Positions 48,986-59,533 are shown, numbered from the stretch's first letter. The stretch: DNA of 64,000 bases from Candidatus Marinacidobacterium sp. (GCA_965220965.1 OZ244852.1:1-64000); one strand, 5' to 3'. Notes: generated by a model not told the origin, from the letters alone. Program-made: numbers and translations.

Positions 48986-49052
48986 CGGGCCTTCGCCCGG
49001 AGGCGGTCCGACGAGAGCCGCCTTGCCCTGGGCGACGCGCGGGAGGCGACGG

Positions 49053-50858
49053 ATGGCTTCGAAGAGCACGAGGATCCTGATCGGGCTGGGCTCGTTTGCG
49101 GTCGCGCTGATGGTCAGCGCGAGCGCGGCGGCGCAGCCGGTGAGTTGCGAGGAAGTCATGGTCCCCATGCGGGACGGCGTGCAGCTCGCCACCGATGTCT
49201 ACATGCCGGTGAACCAGGGGGACGGCCCGTTCCCGGTCATCCTCGAGCGCACGCCCTATAACAAGGGCGACTGCGACAACGAGCACGCGCTCTACTTCGC
49301 GTCGCGCGGCTACGTCGCGGTCCGTCAGGACGAGCGCGGCCGCTACGACTCCGAGGGCGTCTACTACTGGCTGCTCGACGAGGGCTGGGGCGAGCGTCAG
49401 GACGGCTACGACACGATCGAGTGGGCCGGAACCCAGCCCTGGTCCACCGGGAAGGTCGGCACGATGGGGCTGTCCTTCACCTGCTTCAACCAGTACCTGA
49501 CCGCGCCGACCCGGCCGCCGCATCTGGCCGCGATGTTCTGCGCTCACTCGGCGTCCAACGCCTACAAGGATCTCTACTGGGCGGGCGGGGCGCTCCACAT
49601 GATCATGCCCACCTGGCTGCTGACCCAGAACGAGATGGTCCAGCCGGTGCGGCTCTACGACCCCGGGCGGAGGGGCGGCTACGTCGGCGGCGAGGCGACC
49701 TGGCTCGAATGGCACCAGCGGCGCCTCGAGACCGGGGCCTCCATGTCCCAGAGCATGATCACCACGATGATGACGGACATGATCGAAAACCCGTACTACA
49801 ACGACTACTGGCGGCAGTACGCGGTGGACGAGCACTGGGACGAGATCGATGTGCCGATCTTCCACTACGCCAGTTGGTACGACCGGTATCCGCACTCGCA
49901 GGTCAAGCACTACAACGGCATCCGGACCCAGGGTCGTCCGGGCGCCCGCGACAGCCAGAAGCTCTATATCGGCCCCTGGATCCACGGGGCCGGGATGGTC
50001 ACGAACCGCGTCATCGGCGACATGGACTTCGGCCCGGAAGCGGCGATCGACTACAACGGCCTCCGCCAGCGGTGGTTCGACTACCACCTGAAGGGCATCG
50101 ACAACGGCGTCATGGACGAGCCGCCGGTCGAGATCTTCGTCATGGGCGCGAACACCTGGCGCCACGAGAACGAGTATCCGCTGGCCCGCCAGGTGCTGAC
50201 CGACTACTACTTCCGGGCGGACGCTTCCGGCTCGGTGGCGTCGCTCAACGACGGGACGCTTTCCACGGAGCCGCCGGGGGACGAACCGTCGGTCACCTAC
50301 GCCTACGACCCCCGCGACCCGGTTCCCTCGATCGGCGCCGATCTGTTCGTCCGGCCGAACGGGGCGCAGGACCACCGCCCGGCCGACGTCCGGAGCCTCA
50401 CCTTCACGACCCCGGTGCTGGACCAGGATGTCGAGGTGACCGGCCTTCCGATGGTCGAGCTCTGGGCCTCATCGAGCGCGGTGGACACCGACTGGACCGT
50501 GGCCCTCACCGATGTCCACCCCGACGGCTACTCGCAGATCCTGCGGCAGAACATCCTGCGCGCCCGCTACCGGGAGGGAGACGAGGCGCCCGTCCTGATG
50601 ACTCCGGGCGAGGTCTACCGCTTCCAGATCTGGATGTACCCGGTCTCCAACCTGTTCAAGGCCGGCCACCGCATCCGGCTTACGGTGTCGAGCAGCGCGT
50701 TCCCCAAGTGGTATCCGAACGGCAACACCGGCCGGGAGATGAACGAGGACCTGCCGGTGATCATCGCCAACAACACCGTCTACCTCGACGCCGACCGCCC
50801 CTCGAAGGTCGTCCTGCCGATCATCCCGGCGGGGAGCGCCGCCGCCGAACCGCAGTGA
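49053..50858 (+). CDS. secreted CocE/NonD family hydrolase (peptidase S15)
   Basis: Signal peptide, VPMRDGVQLATDVY, RTPY, QDERGRYDSEG, QPWSTGKVG..GLSF, SWYD, GPWIH, PepX C-terminal domain. Confidence 0.92.
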   Translation: MASKSTRILIGLGSFAVALMVSASAAAQPVSCEEVMVPMRDGVQLATDVYMPVNQGDGPFPVILERTPYNKGDCDNEHALYFASRGYVAVRQDERGRYDSEGVYYWLLDEGWGERQDGYDTIEWAGTQPWSTGKVGTMGLSFTCFNQYLTAPTRPPHLAAMFCAHSASNAYKDLYWAGGALHMIMPTWLLTQNEMVQPVRLYDPGRRGGYVGGEATWLEWHQRRLETGASMSQSMITTMMTDMIENPYYNDYWRQYAVDEHWDEIDVPIFHYASWYDRYPHSQVKHYNGIRTQGRPGARDSQKLYIGPWIHGAGMVTNRVIGDMDFGPEAAIDYNGLRQRWFDYHLKGIDNGVMDEPPVEIFVMGANTWRHENEYPLARQVLTDYYFRADASGSVASLNDGTLSTEPPGDEPSVTYAYDPRDPVPSIGADLFVRPNGAQDHRPADVRSLTFTTPVLDQDVEVTGLPMVELWASSSAVDTDWTVALTDVHPDGYSQILRQNILRARYREGDEAPVLMTPGEVYRFQIWMYPVSNLFKAGHRIRLTVSSSAFPKWYPNGNTGREMNEDLPVIIANNTVYLDADRPSKVVLPIIPAGSAAAEPQ

Positions 50859-50883
50859 GTCCGGCGGCGACGCCGATCGTCGC

Positions 50884-52710
50884 CTACCAGCCGATCGCGT
50901 AGGCGGCGCGGCGTGGGTCGGCGCCGGCGGCCAGCGTGCCCCTGGCGAGGCTCTTCAGGATCCCGTTGTTGCTCCCGAGCGCCCAGCCGCCGGTGAACTC
51001 CGCCGTGTGGCCGAGCGCGGTGAGCGCGTCCACGCTCCCCGCCGGGGCGCGCCCCTCGATGCGGACCAGGATGTCGGCGCCGGGTGTGTAGAAGTTCGGA
51101 TCGGCGAACAGCGAGAGGCGCGGCGCGGCCACCGCCTCCTGGATCCCCATCCCGAAGTCGAGGATGTTCAGCAGGACCTGGAACTGGGTCTGCCCGATCG
51201 TCTCGCCGCCGGGAGTTCCGAGCGCCAGCACGAACCCGCCGTCCCGCAGCACGATGATCGGCGAGTTGTTCAGGATCGGGATCTGCCCCCCGCGGGCGTA
51301 GTTGGGGTGCTCCGCCCAGGGAGCGGTCGAGCCGATGCGGGTCCCGTTGTTGAAGGTGAGCCCGGTGCCTCCGACGACGACGCCGGTCCCGAACATGCCG
51401 CCGTGGGTCGGGGTGCAGGCCACCGCGTTCCCCTGGGGGTCCACGATCGAGAAGCTCGTCGTGCTGCCACCGAAGGCGCGGACTTCCGGTCCGTCGGCGG
51501 GAGGCAGGAAGGCCTCCGTGGCCTCGGCGCCCGGCGGTTCCCCACCGGCCGGATAAGCGATGGCGGCTTCGCGGGCGATGAGATCCCGGCGTCCCTCGGC
51601 GTAGGCCTTGGAGAGCATGCCCTCCACCGGCACCTCGAAACGCGTGGGGTCAGCGGTGTACCGATACACGTCCGCCTTGGCGACCTTGATCGCCTCCACG
51701 ATCAGATGGAGGGTCTCGGGGGAGTTGTGGCCGAGCGCCGCCAGATCGAAGCCCTCGATCAGGTTGAGCTGCATCAGGACCTCGAGTCCGCCCCGCGAGG
51801 TCGGGGGGCTCGAGTAGACGTCGTAGCCCCGGTAGGTCGTGTGGACCGCGTCGGTCCAGCGGGGCTCGTAGGCGGCGAAGTCCTCGAGCCGGAAGTCGCC
51901 GCCGTTGTCCTCGTAGAACGCCGCCATCTCCTCGGCGATGTCCCCCTTGTAGAAGCGGTCGAACGCGGCCTGGAGCGCCTCGGTCCGGCTCTTCCCGGCG
52001 GCGAGGGCGTCCCGCTCGGCGTCCACCAGCTTCTGGAAGGTGTTCGCGAGATCGGGCATCCGGAAGTTCTCGCCGACCTCGGGAGGTTCGCCGCCCGGGA
52101 GGAAGACCCGGGCGCTCGTCGGGTGGGCCTCGAAGACCTCGCGGGAGGCGTGGATCGACTGGACGACCGAAGCCTCGATCGGGTGGCCGTTCCTCGCGTA
52201 GTCGAGCGCCGGTTCCAGCACCTCGCCGAGCCGCATCGTGCCGAAGTTCTCCAGCAGCGAAATCCAGCCGCCAAACAGGCCCGGCACGACGCCGGCGTGG
52301 ATCCCCTTGTTCAGTTGCCCGGGCGTGAGGGTGTCCGCCTGGAGCGCGCGCGGCGCCGCGCCGGTGGCGCTCAGCGAGCGGACGCTTCCGGTCGAGGCCT
52401 CGAACCAGGTGAGGAACCCGTTCCCGGAAGCTCCCGACATCTGGGGCCGCACCACGTGAAGCGTCGAGAGAACCGCCACCGAGGCGTCGATGGCGTTCCC
52501 GCCGCGCATCAGGATCCGGACTCCGGCCATCGTGGCGAGCGGGTGCCCGGCGGTGACCAGCCCGTGGACGCCGGGCGCCTCCGGTCGGTTCGTGGGCCGC
52601 TGCTCGGCGAAGCGGATCGGATGGGCGGCTTCCTGGCCGGAAGCCGGAGCCGTCGCGAGAAGTCCGGCCGCCGCCAGGACCGCCGTCAGGGGAAAGAGCC
52701 GGTGGATCAC
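50884..52710 (-). CDS. ggt: gamma-glutamyltransferase family protein (secreted)
   Basis: GTG at 52710 after GAGGAGG. Signal peptide, GGNAIDA, VPG, FYKGDIA, autocleavage site STTSFSIVD, GTPGG, GADPRR. Confidence 0.88.
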   Translation of the reverse strand: MIHRLFPLTAVLAAAGLLATAPASGQEAAHPIRFAEQRPTNRPEAPGVHGLVTAGHPLATMAGVRILMRGGNAIDASVAVLSTLHVVRPQMSGASGNGFLTWFEASTGSVRSLSATGAAPRALQADTLTPGQLNKGIHAGVVPGLFGGWISLLENFGTMRLGEVLEPALDYARNGHPIEASVVQSIHASREVFEAHPTSARVFLPGGEPPEVGENFRMPDLANTFQKLVDAERDALAAGKSRTEALQAAFDRFYKGDIAEEMAAFYEDNGGDFRLEDFAAYEPRWTDAVHTTYRGYDVYSSPPTSRGGLEVLMQLNLIEGFDLAALGHNSPETLHLIVEAIKVAKADVYRYTADPTRFEVPVEGMLSKAYAEGRRDLIAREAAIAYPAGGEPPGAEATEAFLPPADGPEVRAFGGSTTSFSIVDPQGNAVACTPTHGGMFGTGVVVGGTGLTFNNGTRIGSTAPWAEHPNYARGGQIPILNNSPIIVLRDGGFVLALGTPGGETIGQTQFQVLLNILDFGMGIQEAVAAPRLSLFADPNFYTPGADILVRIEGRAPAGSVDALTALGHTAEFTGGWALGSNNGILKSLARGTLAAGADPRRAAYAIGW

Positions 52711-52721
52711 GAGCTGCCTCC

Positions 52722-54407
52722 TCAGGAGTCGTCGAACGCCTTCCGGATGCCGGCCATCGCGGCCTCGCGGCCGACGGTGAACCGCAGGATCCCCTCGGCC
52801 ACGACGCCCACCGCGAGAAGCAGGATCGCCCCGCCCACGACGAGCAGCAGCGTGTTGCCCTCCTCCGCGTAGAGACCCAGGTTGTAGATCATCGCGGCGA
52901 TGGTGATGCCCAGCATGAACACCATCGGGGCCATGGCGAAGCCGAAGGGCTTCTTCCGGAAGTAGAGGTAGAGGGTCACGGTGAGCAGCGTGAGCCCGGC
53001 CATGATCTGGTTCGTCGTTCCGAACAGCGCCCACAGGGCGGTCCCGGCCGGGACGCCGCCGACCTCGAGCAGCGCGAAGAACGCGATGATGGCGACCGCG
53101 AGCACGGAGGCCACCAGGCGGTGGCTCAGCACCGGGGCCCGGATGCTCTGGCCGATCTCCTCGATGTTGTAGCGGAGGATCCGCGTCGCCGAATCGAGCG
53201 AGGTCAGCGCGAACGAGACGGTGATGAGCGCCATGAACGCCTTGCCGGCGTCGGTCGGGATCCCGATCGTCACCAGGAAGTTCGCCGAGCCGGTGATGAA
53301 GGCGTCCAGCTTCTGCGCCAGTCCGTTCGCCGCCTCCCAGCTCGCGAAGTGGGTGTGCCAGGCCTCCGAAGAGGCGAACCCGGCGGTCGTCGCGAGGACG
53401 GCGGCGAGGCCCAGGATGCTCTCCCCGATCATCCCGCCGTAGCCGATGAAGGGAGCGTGGCTCTCCCGGTCGAGCTGCTTGGCGGTCGTCCCCGAGGAGA
53501 CCAGTCCGTGGAAGCCGGACACCGCGCCGCAGGCGATCACGATGAAGACGAACGGCAGGATCGGCGGGGCCCCGACGGGCTCCGGATTGAAGGCGGGGGC
53601 GGCGAACTCGGGGTTCTGGAGGACGAAGGAGACGAAGATCCCGATGAGCCCCAGGTAGAGCAGGATCGAGTTCAGGAAGTCGCGAGGCTGGAGCAGCAGC
53701 CACACCGGGAGCACCGACGCGAGGAACGCGTAGCCGAGGAGCAGGTAGCTCCACTGGGTGACGCCGAGGTCGGGCGCGGGAAGCACGGCGCCCAGCGCGA
53801 TCGAGCCGAACATCAGGAGCGCGCCGATGGGCACCAGGATGCGCAGGGAGATCCCCCTCCGGTAGGACAGGTACCCGATGGCCACCGCCAGCAGCATGAG
53901 CGCGGTCGTCGGCGTGACCGTGCCCGGATAGAAGGCCACCGAGAACAGCGCCGCCACCACCTGCACGAAGACCCCCATCGCCAGCCCGATGAGGAAGACG
54001 ATGAGCGCGTGGAAGAGGAACTTGGCGCGCCGTCCGATGATGTCTTCGGCGATGCGGCCGATCGAGCGGCCTTTCGCCCGGATGCTGATGCAGAGCGCGG
54101 AGAAGTCGTGGACCGCGCCCACCAGCAGGGTGCCGACGACGACCCAGATCATCGCCGGGACCCAGCCCCAGATCACCGCGATGGCCGGCCCCAGCATCGG
54201 GGCGAGCCCCGCGATCGAGGCGTAGTGGTGCCCGAACAGGACGATCCGGCGGGTGGGGACGTAGTCCCGGCCGTCGCCCTGGGTGTGCGCCGGGGTCGGC
54301 CGGGAGTCGTCGAGCTCGAACGCCCGTCGCGCGATCCGGCGCGCGTAGAAGCGGTACCCGAGGAAGTAGAGGCCGAAGCAGACCAGGGTGGCCGCGAGAG
54401 GGCTCAT
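52722..54407 (-). CDS. cstA: carbon starvation protein A family transporter (copy 1)
   Basis: DGRDYVPT, FGHHYASIAGLAPMLGP, GAVHDF, LPVWLLLQPRD, IACGAVSGFH, LWALFGTTNQ. Confidence 0.94.
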   Translation of the reverse strand: MSPLAATLVCFGLYFLGYRFYARRIARRAFELDDSRPTPAHTQGDGRDYVPTRRIVLFGHHYASIAGLAPMLGPAIAVIWGWVPAMIWVVVGTLLVGAVHDFSALCISIRAKGRSIGRIAEDIIGRRAKFLFHALIVFLIGLAMGVFVQVVAALFSVAFYPGTVTPTTALMLLAVAIGYLSYRRGISLRILVPIGALLMFGSIALGAVLPAPDLGVTQWSYLLLGYAFLASVLPVWLLLQPRDFLNSILLYLGLIGIFVSFVLQNPEFAAPAFNPEPVGAPPILPFVFIVIACGAVSGFHGLVSSGTTAKQLDRESHAPFIGYGGMIGESILGLAAVLATTAGFASSEAWHTHFASWEAANGLAQKLDAFITGSANFLVTIGIPTDAGKAFMALITVSFALTSLDSATRILRYNIEEIGQSIRAPVLSHRLVASVLAVAIIAFFALLEVGGVPAGTALWALFGTTNQIMAGLTLLTVTLYLYFRKKPFGFAMAPMVFMLGITIAAMIYNLGLYAEEGNTLLLVVGGAILLLAVGVVAEGILRFTVGREAAMAGIRKAFDDS

Positions 54408-54514
54408 CGGCGCGCGTCCTTTCGCTGCCGTCTTGCGGTCAGCCGACCGACACTATCAGACGGGGCGGTCGTTTCCGCCGCTTCCCGACCCCTGTTCGGG
54501 GGCCGGAACAAGGG

Positions 54515-56197
54515 TCAATCCCGGAAGGCGCGCCGGATCCCTTCGATCGCCGCTTCGCGGCCCACCGTGACCCGCAGGATCCCCTCGACGACCAGCCCCA
54601 CTCCGAGGAGGAAGATGATCCCTCCCACCGTCAGCAGCAGAAGGTTCCCCTGCTCGGCGTAGTGGCTCAGGTTGTAGATCATCGCGGCGAGGGTGATCGC
54701 GACCATGAAGACCATCGGGACCACGGCGAAGCCGAAGGGCTTCTTCCGGAAGTACAGATAGAGCGTCACCGACAGCAGGGTGAGCCCGGCCATGATCTGG
54801 TTCGTCGTCCCGAACAGCGCCCACAGCAGGGTTCCGGCGGGGACGCCGCCGACCTTCAGCAGCGCGAAGAAGCCGATGATGCCAACGGCGGCGAGCGCCG
54901 CCACGAACCGGTTGCCCAGGCCCGGGATCTTCAGGCTGTCCGCCACCTCTTCGAGGTTGTAGCGAAGGATGCGCGTCCCCGAATCCAGGGTGGTGAGCGC
55001 GAAGGAGACGGCGACCAGCGCCATGAACGCCTTGCCAGCGTCCTCGGGGATCCCGATCGTGGTGAGGAAGTTCGCCGCCCCGCTGATGTAGGCGTCGAGC
55101 TTCTGCGCCAGGCCGTCCGCGCTCTCCCAGTTGGAGTAGTGCGTGTGCCAGGCCTCGGGAGAGCGGAAACCGGCGGTCGTCGCGAGCACCGCCGACAGAC
55201 CCAGGATGCTCTCCCCGATCATGGCGCCGTACCCGACGAAGGGCGCGTGGCTCTCGCGGTCGAGCTGCTTGGCGGTCGTTCCCGAGGAGACCAGCCCGTG
55301 GAAGCCGGACACCGCTCCGCAGGCGATCACGATGAACACGAACGGGAAGATCGGCGGCGCCCCGGCGGGCTCCGGGTTGAACGCCGGCGCGGCGAACTCG
55401 GGGTTCAGGATCACGAACGAGACGAAGATCCCGATGAGCGCCAGATAGAGCAGGATCGAGTTCAGGAAGTCCCGCGGCTGGAGCAGCAGCCACACCGGGA
55501 GCACCGACGCCAGGAACCCGTAGACCAGGAGCAGCAGGATCCACTGGTCCACCGGAAGGTCGATGGCCGGCAGGACCTGGCCGAGCCAGATCGAGGCGAA
55601 CATCAGCGCCGCCCCGATGGGAACGAGCACCTTGAGCGGGAGGCCCTTGCGATAGGACAGGTATCCGATGGCGATGGCGAGCGCCATCAGCGACGCGGTG
55701 GGCGTCACCGCCTCGGGGTAGAAGACCGCGGAGAATAGTTGCGCCACGACCTGGACGAAGACGCCCAGGGTGAGCCCCACGAGGAAGACGATGAGGGCGT
55801 GGAACAGCAGCTTGGCGCGGCGGCCGATGATGTCCTCGGCGATCCGGCCGATCGACTTGCCGCGGGCGCGGATGCTGAGGACGAGCGCCGAGAAGTCGTG
55901 CACGGCGCCGATGAAGACGGCGCCCAGGACGACCCAGACGAACGCCGGGACCCAGCCCCAGATGACCGCGATCGCCGGTCCCAGCATCGGGGCGAGCCCG
56001 GCGATCGAGGCGTAGTGGTGCCCGAACAGGACCCACCGCCGGGTCGGCACATAGTCCCGGCCATCGCCCATCGCGTGCGCCGGCGTCTGCCGCGCATCGT
56101 CGAGCTGGAACGAGCGGCGGGCGATCCGCCGCGCGTAGAAGCGATACCCCAGGAAGTAAAGAACGAAGGCGGTCAGCGTGGCCGCCAGGGGACTCAT
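54515..56197 (-). CDS. cstA: carbon starvation protein A family transporter (copy 2)
   Basis: Same motifs as copy 1 and colinear with it end to end. Confidence 0.94.
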   Translation of the reverse strand: MSPLAATLTAFVLYFLGYRFYARRIARRSFQLDDARQTPAHAMGDGRDYVPTRRWVLFGHHYASIAGLAPMLGPAIAVIWGWVPAFVWVVLGAVFIGAVHDFSALVLSIRARGKSIGRIAEDIIGRRAKLLFHALIVFLVGLTLGVFVQVVAQLFSAVFYPEAVTPTASLMALAIAIGYLSYRKGLPLKVLVPIGAALMFASIWLGQVLPAIDLPVDQWILLLLVYGFLASVLPVWLLLQPRDFLNSILLYLALIGIFVSFVILNPEFAAPAFNPEPAGAPPIFPFVFIVIACGAVSGFHGLVSSGTTAKQLDRESHAPFVGYGAMIGESILGLSAVLATTAGFRSPEAWHTHYSNWESADGLAQKLDAYISGAANFLTTIGIPEDAGKAFMALVAVSFALTTLDSGTRILRYNLEEVADSLKIPGLGNRFVAALAAVGIIGFFALLKVGGVPAGTLLWALFGTTNQIMAGLTLLSVTLYLYFRKKPFGFAVVPMVFMVAITLAAMIYNLSHYAEQGNLLLLTVGGIIFLLGVGLVVEGILRVTVGREAAIEGIRRAFRD

Positions 56198-56322
56198 CGC
56201 CGGCCGCCTCGCCGACGCCGAAGCGCGTGCATCCGTTCGAATTTACCAGAGGAGTCGGTTGTCCAACTCCGTTTCGACGCCCGTCGGCTGTGTAACATCG
56301 GTCGCCTTCCAGGAGGACTTTC

Positions 56323-56991
56323 ATGCGCGGCGAGATGGTTACGTTCCCGGCCAACAGCGGGGTGACGCGCGGCTACCTGTCGGCTCCGGACACTCCCGGG
56401 CCGGGGGTCCTGGTGATCCAGGAGTGGTGGGGCCTGGTGGGCCACATCCGGGAGGTGGCGGACCGGTTCGCGGCGGCCGGGTTCACTGCGCTCGCGCCGG
56501 ATCTCTTCCACGGGGAGAGCACGACCTCGCCCGACGAGGCGGGCAAGCTCTTCATGGCGCTCGAGATCGACCGCGCCGAGCAGGACCTGCGCGGCGCCGC
56601 CGACCACCTCGCCACCGTGGCGGCGGGAGACGCCGTCGGGGTCGTGGGCTTCTGCATGGGGGGCCAGCTCGCGCTGTTCGCGGCGAGCCGGTCGGAGCGG
56701 ATCGCGGCGTGTGTCGACTTCTACGGCGTCCATCCGAACGTCCAGCCCGACTACGCGGCGATCCGGTGTCCGGTCCTCGGGCTGTTCGCCGAGAAGGACG
56801 GCTTCGTGCCGCCGGCGGCGGTGGCGAAGCTGGACGCGGACCTGCGGGCGGCGGGGGTCACCGCCGAGCTCCACACCTACCCGGGGACGGACCACGCCTT
56901 CTTCAACGATGGGCGCCCCGAGGTCTACGACGCCGAAGCCGCGGCCGACGCCTGGAACCGCACGGTCGGGCATTTCCGCGCCAACCTCTGA
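56323..56991 (+). CDS. dienelactone hydrolase family protein
   Basis: VIQEWWG, APDL, GFCMGG, HAFFND. AGGAGG RBS. Confidence 0.93.
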   Translation: MRGEMVTFPANSGVTRGYLSAPDTPGPGVLVIQEWWGLVGHIREVADRFAAAGFTALAPDLFHGESTTSPDEAGKLFMALEIDRAEQDLRGAADHLATVAAGDAVGVVGFCMGGQLALFAASRSERIAACVDFYGVHPNVQPDYAAIRCPVLGLFAEKDGFVPPAAVAKLDADLRAAGVTAELHTYPGTDHAFFNDGRPEVYDAEAAADAWNRTVGHFRANL

Positions 56992-56992
56992 T

Positions 56993-57712
56993 TCAGTCGT
57001 CTGGGGAGGGCTCCCCGCGCCCCGCGTGGCGGACCCGCCGGGCGAAGGCGAGGAGCAGCCGGGCCTCGCGCTCGGTGACGCCGCGGCGTCCGAAGAGCTC
57101 CCGCCATTCGGCGAAGCGGGCCTCCGGTTTGTCCCGGTTCAGGAAACCCACCGAGAGCATGGCGTCGCGGAGGGCGGCGAGGGCGCGCTCCGCGAGCTCG
57201 CTTTCCGCCCGCGGCGGTTCCGGATCGACCGGATCCCGCCCGCCGAGGAAGATCTCGTAGGCGGCGACCATCGCGGCCTGGGCCAGGTTCAGCGACGGCT
57301 GTTGCGGGGCCGCGGGGATGCGCACCTGCCGCTGGCAGATGGCGCGCTCCTCGAGCGTCAGCCCGCTGGACTCGTTGCCGAACACCACCGCAGCGTCGCT
57401 TTCCGCGGGCAGCGCCGCGATCTCCCGTCCGAGCTCGCGCGGGGTGAGGTGGCGCACCCGGTCGCCGCCCCGGCCGCTCAGCCCGGCGACGTACCGGCAG
57501 TCGGCCACCGCCTCGGGCAGCGAGTCGAACCCGGCCGCCTGCTCCAGCATGTCCTCCGCCTGCCAGGCCATCCGGAACGCCTCCACCGTCCGCCAGTCGC
57601 CGGGCTGGACCAGCCGCACCGAGTCGAGCCCGGTGTTCGCCGCCACCCGGGCCACGGCGCCCACGTTCTCCGGCCGCCGGGGCCGGACGAGGACCAGATG
57701 AACGCGCGCCAC
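56993..57712 (-). CDS. tRNA/rRNA 2'-O-methyltransferase, TrmJ/TrmH (SpoU) family
   Basis: VLVRP..PENVGAVAR, VFGNESSGL, PSLNLAQA. Confidence 0.88.
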   Translation of the reverse strand: MARVHLVLVRPRRPENVGAVARVAANTGLDSVRLVQPGDWRTVEAFRMAWQAEDMLEQAAGFDSLPEAVADCRYVAGLSGRGGDRVRHLTPRELGREIAALPAESDAAVVFGNESSGLTLEERAICQRQVRIPAAPQQPSLNLAQAAMVAAYEIFLGGRDPVDPEPPRAESELAERALAALRDAMLSVGFLNRDKPEARFAEWRELFGRRGVTEREARLLLAFARRVRHAGRGEPSPDD

Positions 57713-57746
57713 GGGACGTCAGGCGCGAGACTGTTCGCGGCGCCCC

Positions 57747-58043
57747 ATGGCTGATGACCGCCCGTTCCACGACCTGCGGAAGGTGGGCCCCGCCGGCGCC
57801 TTCTCGCTCCCGTTCCGGAAGTGGCGCGAGATCCTGTTCGTCGGCGCCATGCGTCGGGGGGAGGACGGCCTTTACCGGCGGGATCCAAACCGGCCGATGC
57901 CGCCGCTGCGCGAGCCGGACCTCTTCCCCGAAGCGGTGGCGTTCCGGGCGGAGGCGCTGCCCGATGCGGGGGCCGGCCGCGCCGATCCGAAGAACCCGCG
58001 CCGGCGGGAACGCGGCCGCATCCTCCTCACTCCGGTGAGGTGA
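57747..58043 (+). CDS. small hypothetical protein
   Basis: 98-aa ORF with host-like codon use filling the gap between the trmJ-like gene and hisS. Confidence 0.55.
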   Translation: MADDRPFHDLRKVGPAGAFSLPFRKWREILFVGAMRRGEDGLYRRDPNRPMPPLREPDLFPEAVAFRAEALPDAGAGRADPKNPRRRERGRILLTPVR

Positions 58044-59397
58044 CGAGCGCCGGCGCGCGGGCGAGCGGAACGGTCTGCTGCTGGCCGGTCGTCAGGTCGC
58101 GGACGGTGCACGCGCCGGCGGCCGCTTCGTCCGGGCCCAGGATGATCCCGAACCGGGTGTTCGCGGCGACCGCGCGGGCCAGTTGCTTGCCGAGGCGCAG
58201 CGGGTCCACCTGGACCTCCAGCCGGACCCCGGCGGCCCGGAGCGTCCGCGCGGCGGCGAGCGTGTCGCCGGGATCCACCCCCGGCAGCGGACACAGCACC
58301 GCCTCGGGAGCGGTTCCGCCGTCGAATTCGCCCCGTTCGCCGAGCAGCATGAGGATCCGCTCCATCCCCAGCGAAAAGCCCACCGCCGGCGTCTCGCGGC
58401 CGCTGAACATGCCGATCAGGCCGTCGTAGCGGCCGCCTCCGGCGAGCGACCCGGCGCCCCCGGCCGCCACCACCTCGAAGATCGGGCCGGTGTAGTAGCT
58501 GAGGCCCCGCGCGAGGCCGGGAGAGAAGCGCACGCTCGCCGCGTCCTCCCCGAGCGCTCCTTCCAGCGCGTCGAGCAGCGAGCCGAGGTCCCGGGCGGCC
58601 GCCCGGCCCGGTCCCTCGGGGAGCGCCCGCCCCACCGCTTCGAGGCGGTCCCGCGCCGGGGCGTCGGTGTCCTCGTCCTCCGGAATGAGCGCGAGGAGCC
58701 GCCGGGCCCGATCGGGGCCGACTTCGGGACGATCCGCCAGTTCGGCCTCGACCGCCTCGCGGCCCGCCTTCTCCAGCTTGTCGAGCGTGACCAGGGTCTC
58801 GTGCTCGTCTTCGGATTCGATCCCGGCGGCGCCGATGAGCCCCCGCAGCACCTCGCGGTGGTTCAGCAGCACGGTGAAGTCCTCGAAGCCGAGCGCCCGG
58901 AGCGTGTGGTGGAGGACGACCAGCGTCTCCGCGTCCGCCAGCAGCGAGGCGCTGCCCACGATGTCGGCGTCGCACTGGGTGAACTCCCGGAACCGGCCCC
59001 GCTGGGCGCGGTCGGCCCGCCAGACCGGCTGGATCTGATAGCGGCGAAACACAGGCGGCAGCTCCCCCCGGTACTCCGCCGCCACCCGGGCGAGCGGCAC
59101 CGTCAGGTCGTAGCGCAGCCCGAGTTCGGCGAGGTCGGACGGCTCGACCGGCGACCGGTCGAGCGCCTTCTCGAGGCGGCGGCCCCGGTGGAGGACCCGG
59201 TAGATCAGCTTGTCGCCTTCCTCGCCGTACTTGCCGAGCAGGGTCTGGAGCCGCTCCATCGCCGGCGTCTCGAGCGGCTGGAAGCCGTGGGCGGCGAAGG
59301 AGGCCTCGATCCGCCGCACCGCTTCGCGGCGGATCCCCGCCGCCGGCGGCAGGTGGTCGCGCATGCCGCTGACTGGTCTTGTGGAGACGGAGGGCAT
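58027..59397 (-). CDS. hisS: histidine--tRNA ligase
   Basis: ATG at 59397. GMRD, ETPAME, LRYDLTVPLAR, VWRADRAQRGRFREFTQCDAD, ARGLSYYTG, GGGRYDGL. Confidence 0.96.
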   Translation of the reverse strand: MPSVSTRPVSGMRDHLPPAAGIRREAVRRIEASFAAHGFQPLETPAMERLQTLLGKYGEEGDKLIYRVLHRGRRLEKALDRSPVEPSDLAELGLRYDLTVPLARVAAEYRGELPPVFRRYQIQPVWRADRAQRGRFREFTQCDADIVGSASLLADAETLVVLHHTLRALGFEDFTVLLNHREVLRGLIGAAGIESEDEHETLVTLDKLEKAGREAVEAELADRPEVGPDRARRLLALIPEDEDTDAPARDRLEAVGRALPEGPGRAAARDLGSLLDALEGALGEDAASVRFSPGLARGLSYYTGPIFEVVAAGGAGSLAGGGRYDGLIGMFSGRETPAVGFSLGMERILMLLGERGEFDGGTAPEAVLCPLPGVDPGDTLAAARTLRAAGVRLEVQVDPLRLGKQLARAVAANTRFGIILGPDEAAAGACTVRDLTTGQQQTVPLARAPALVTSPE

Positions 59398-59533
59398 GGC
59401 GGAAGCGGGCGGCGCGGAGCGTAGCCGAGGCGCCCGGAACCGATCCTCGAACCGGAACAGGGTGGCGGATGCGGTCTCCGCGGCGATGCGCCACAATGGG
59501 GTTTCCGGCGCGCGCCGGCGGGAGGTTTCTGAC

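Noticed and set aside
52711-53754. Apparent 956-aa GGT with an N-terminal extension
   Set aside because: The extension is an off-frame reading of cstA. GGT starts at GTG 52710 with an RBS and signal peptide.
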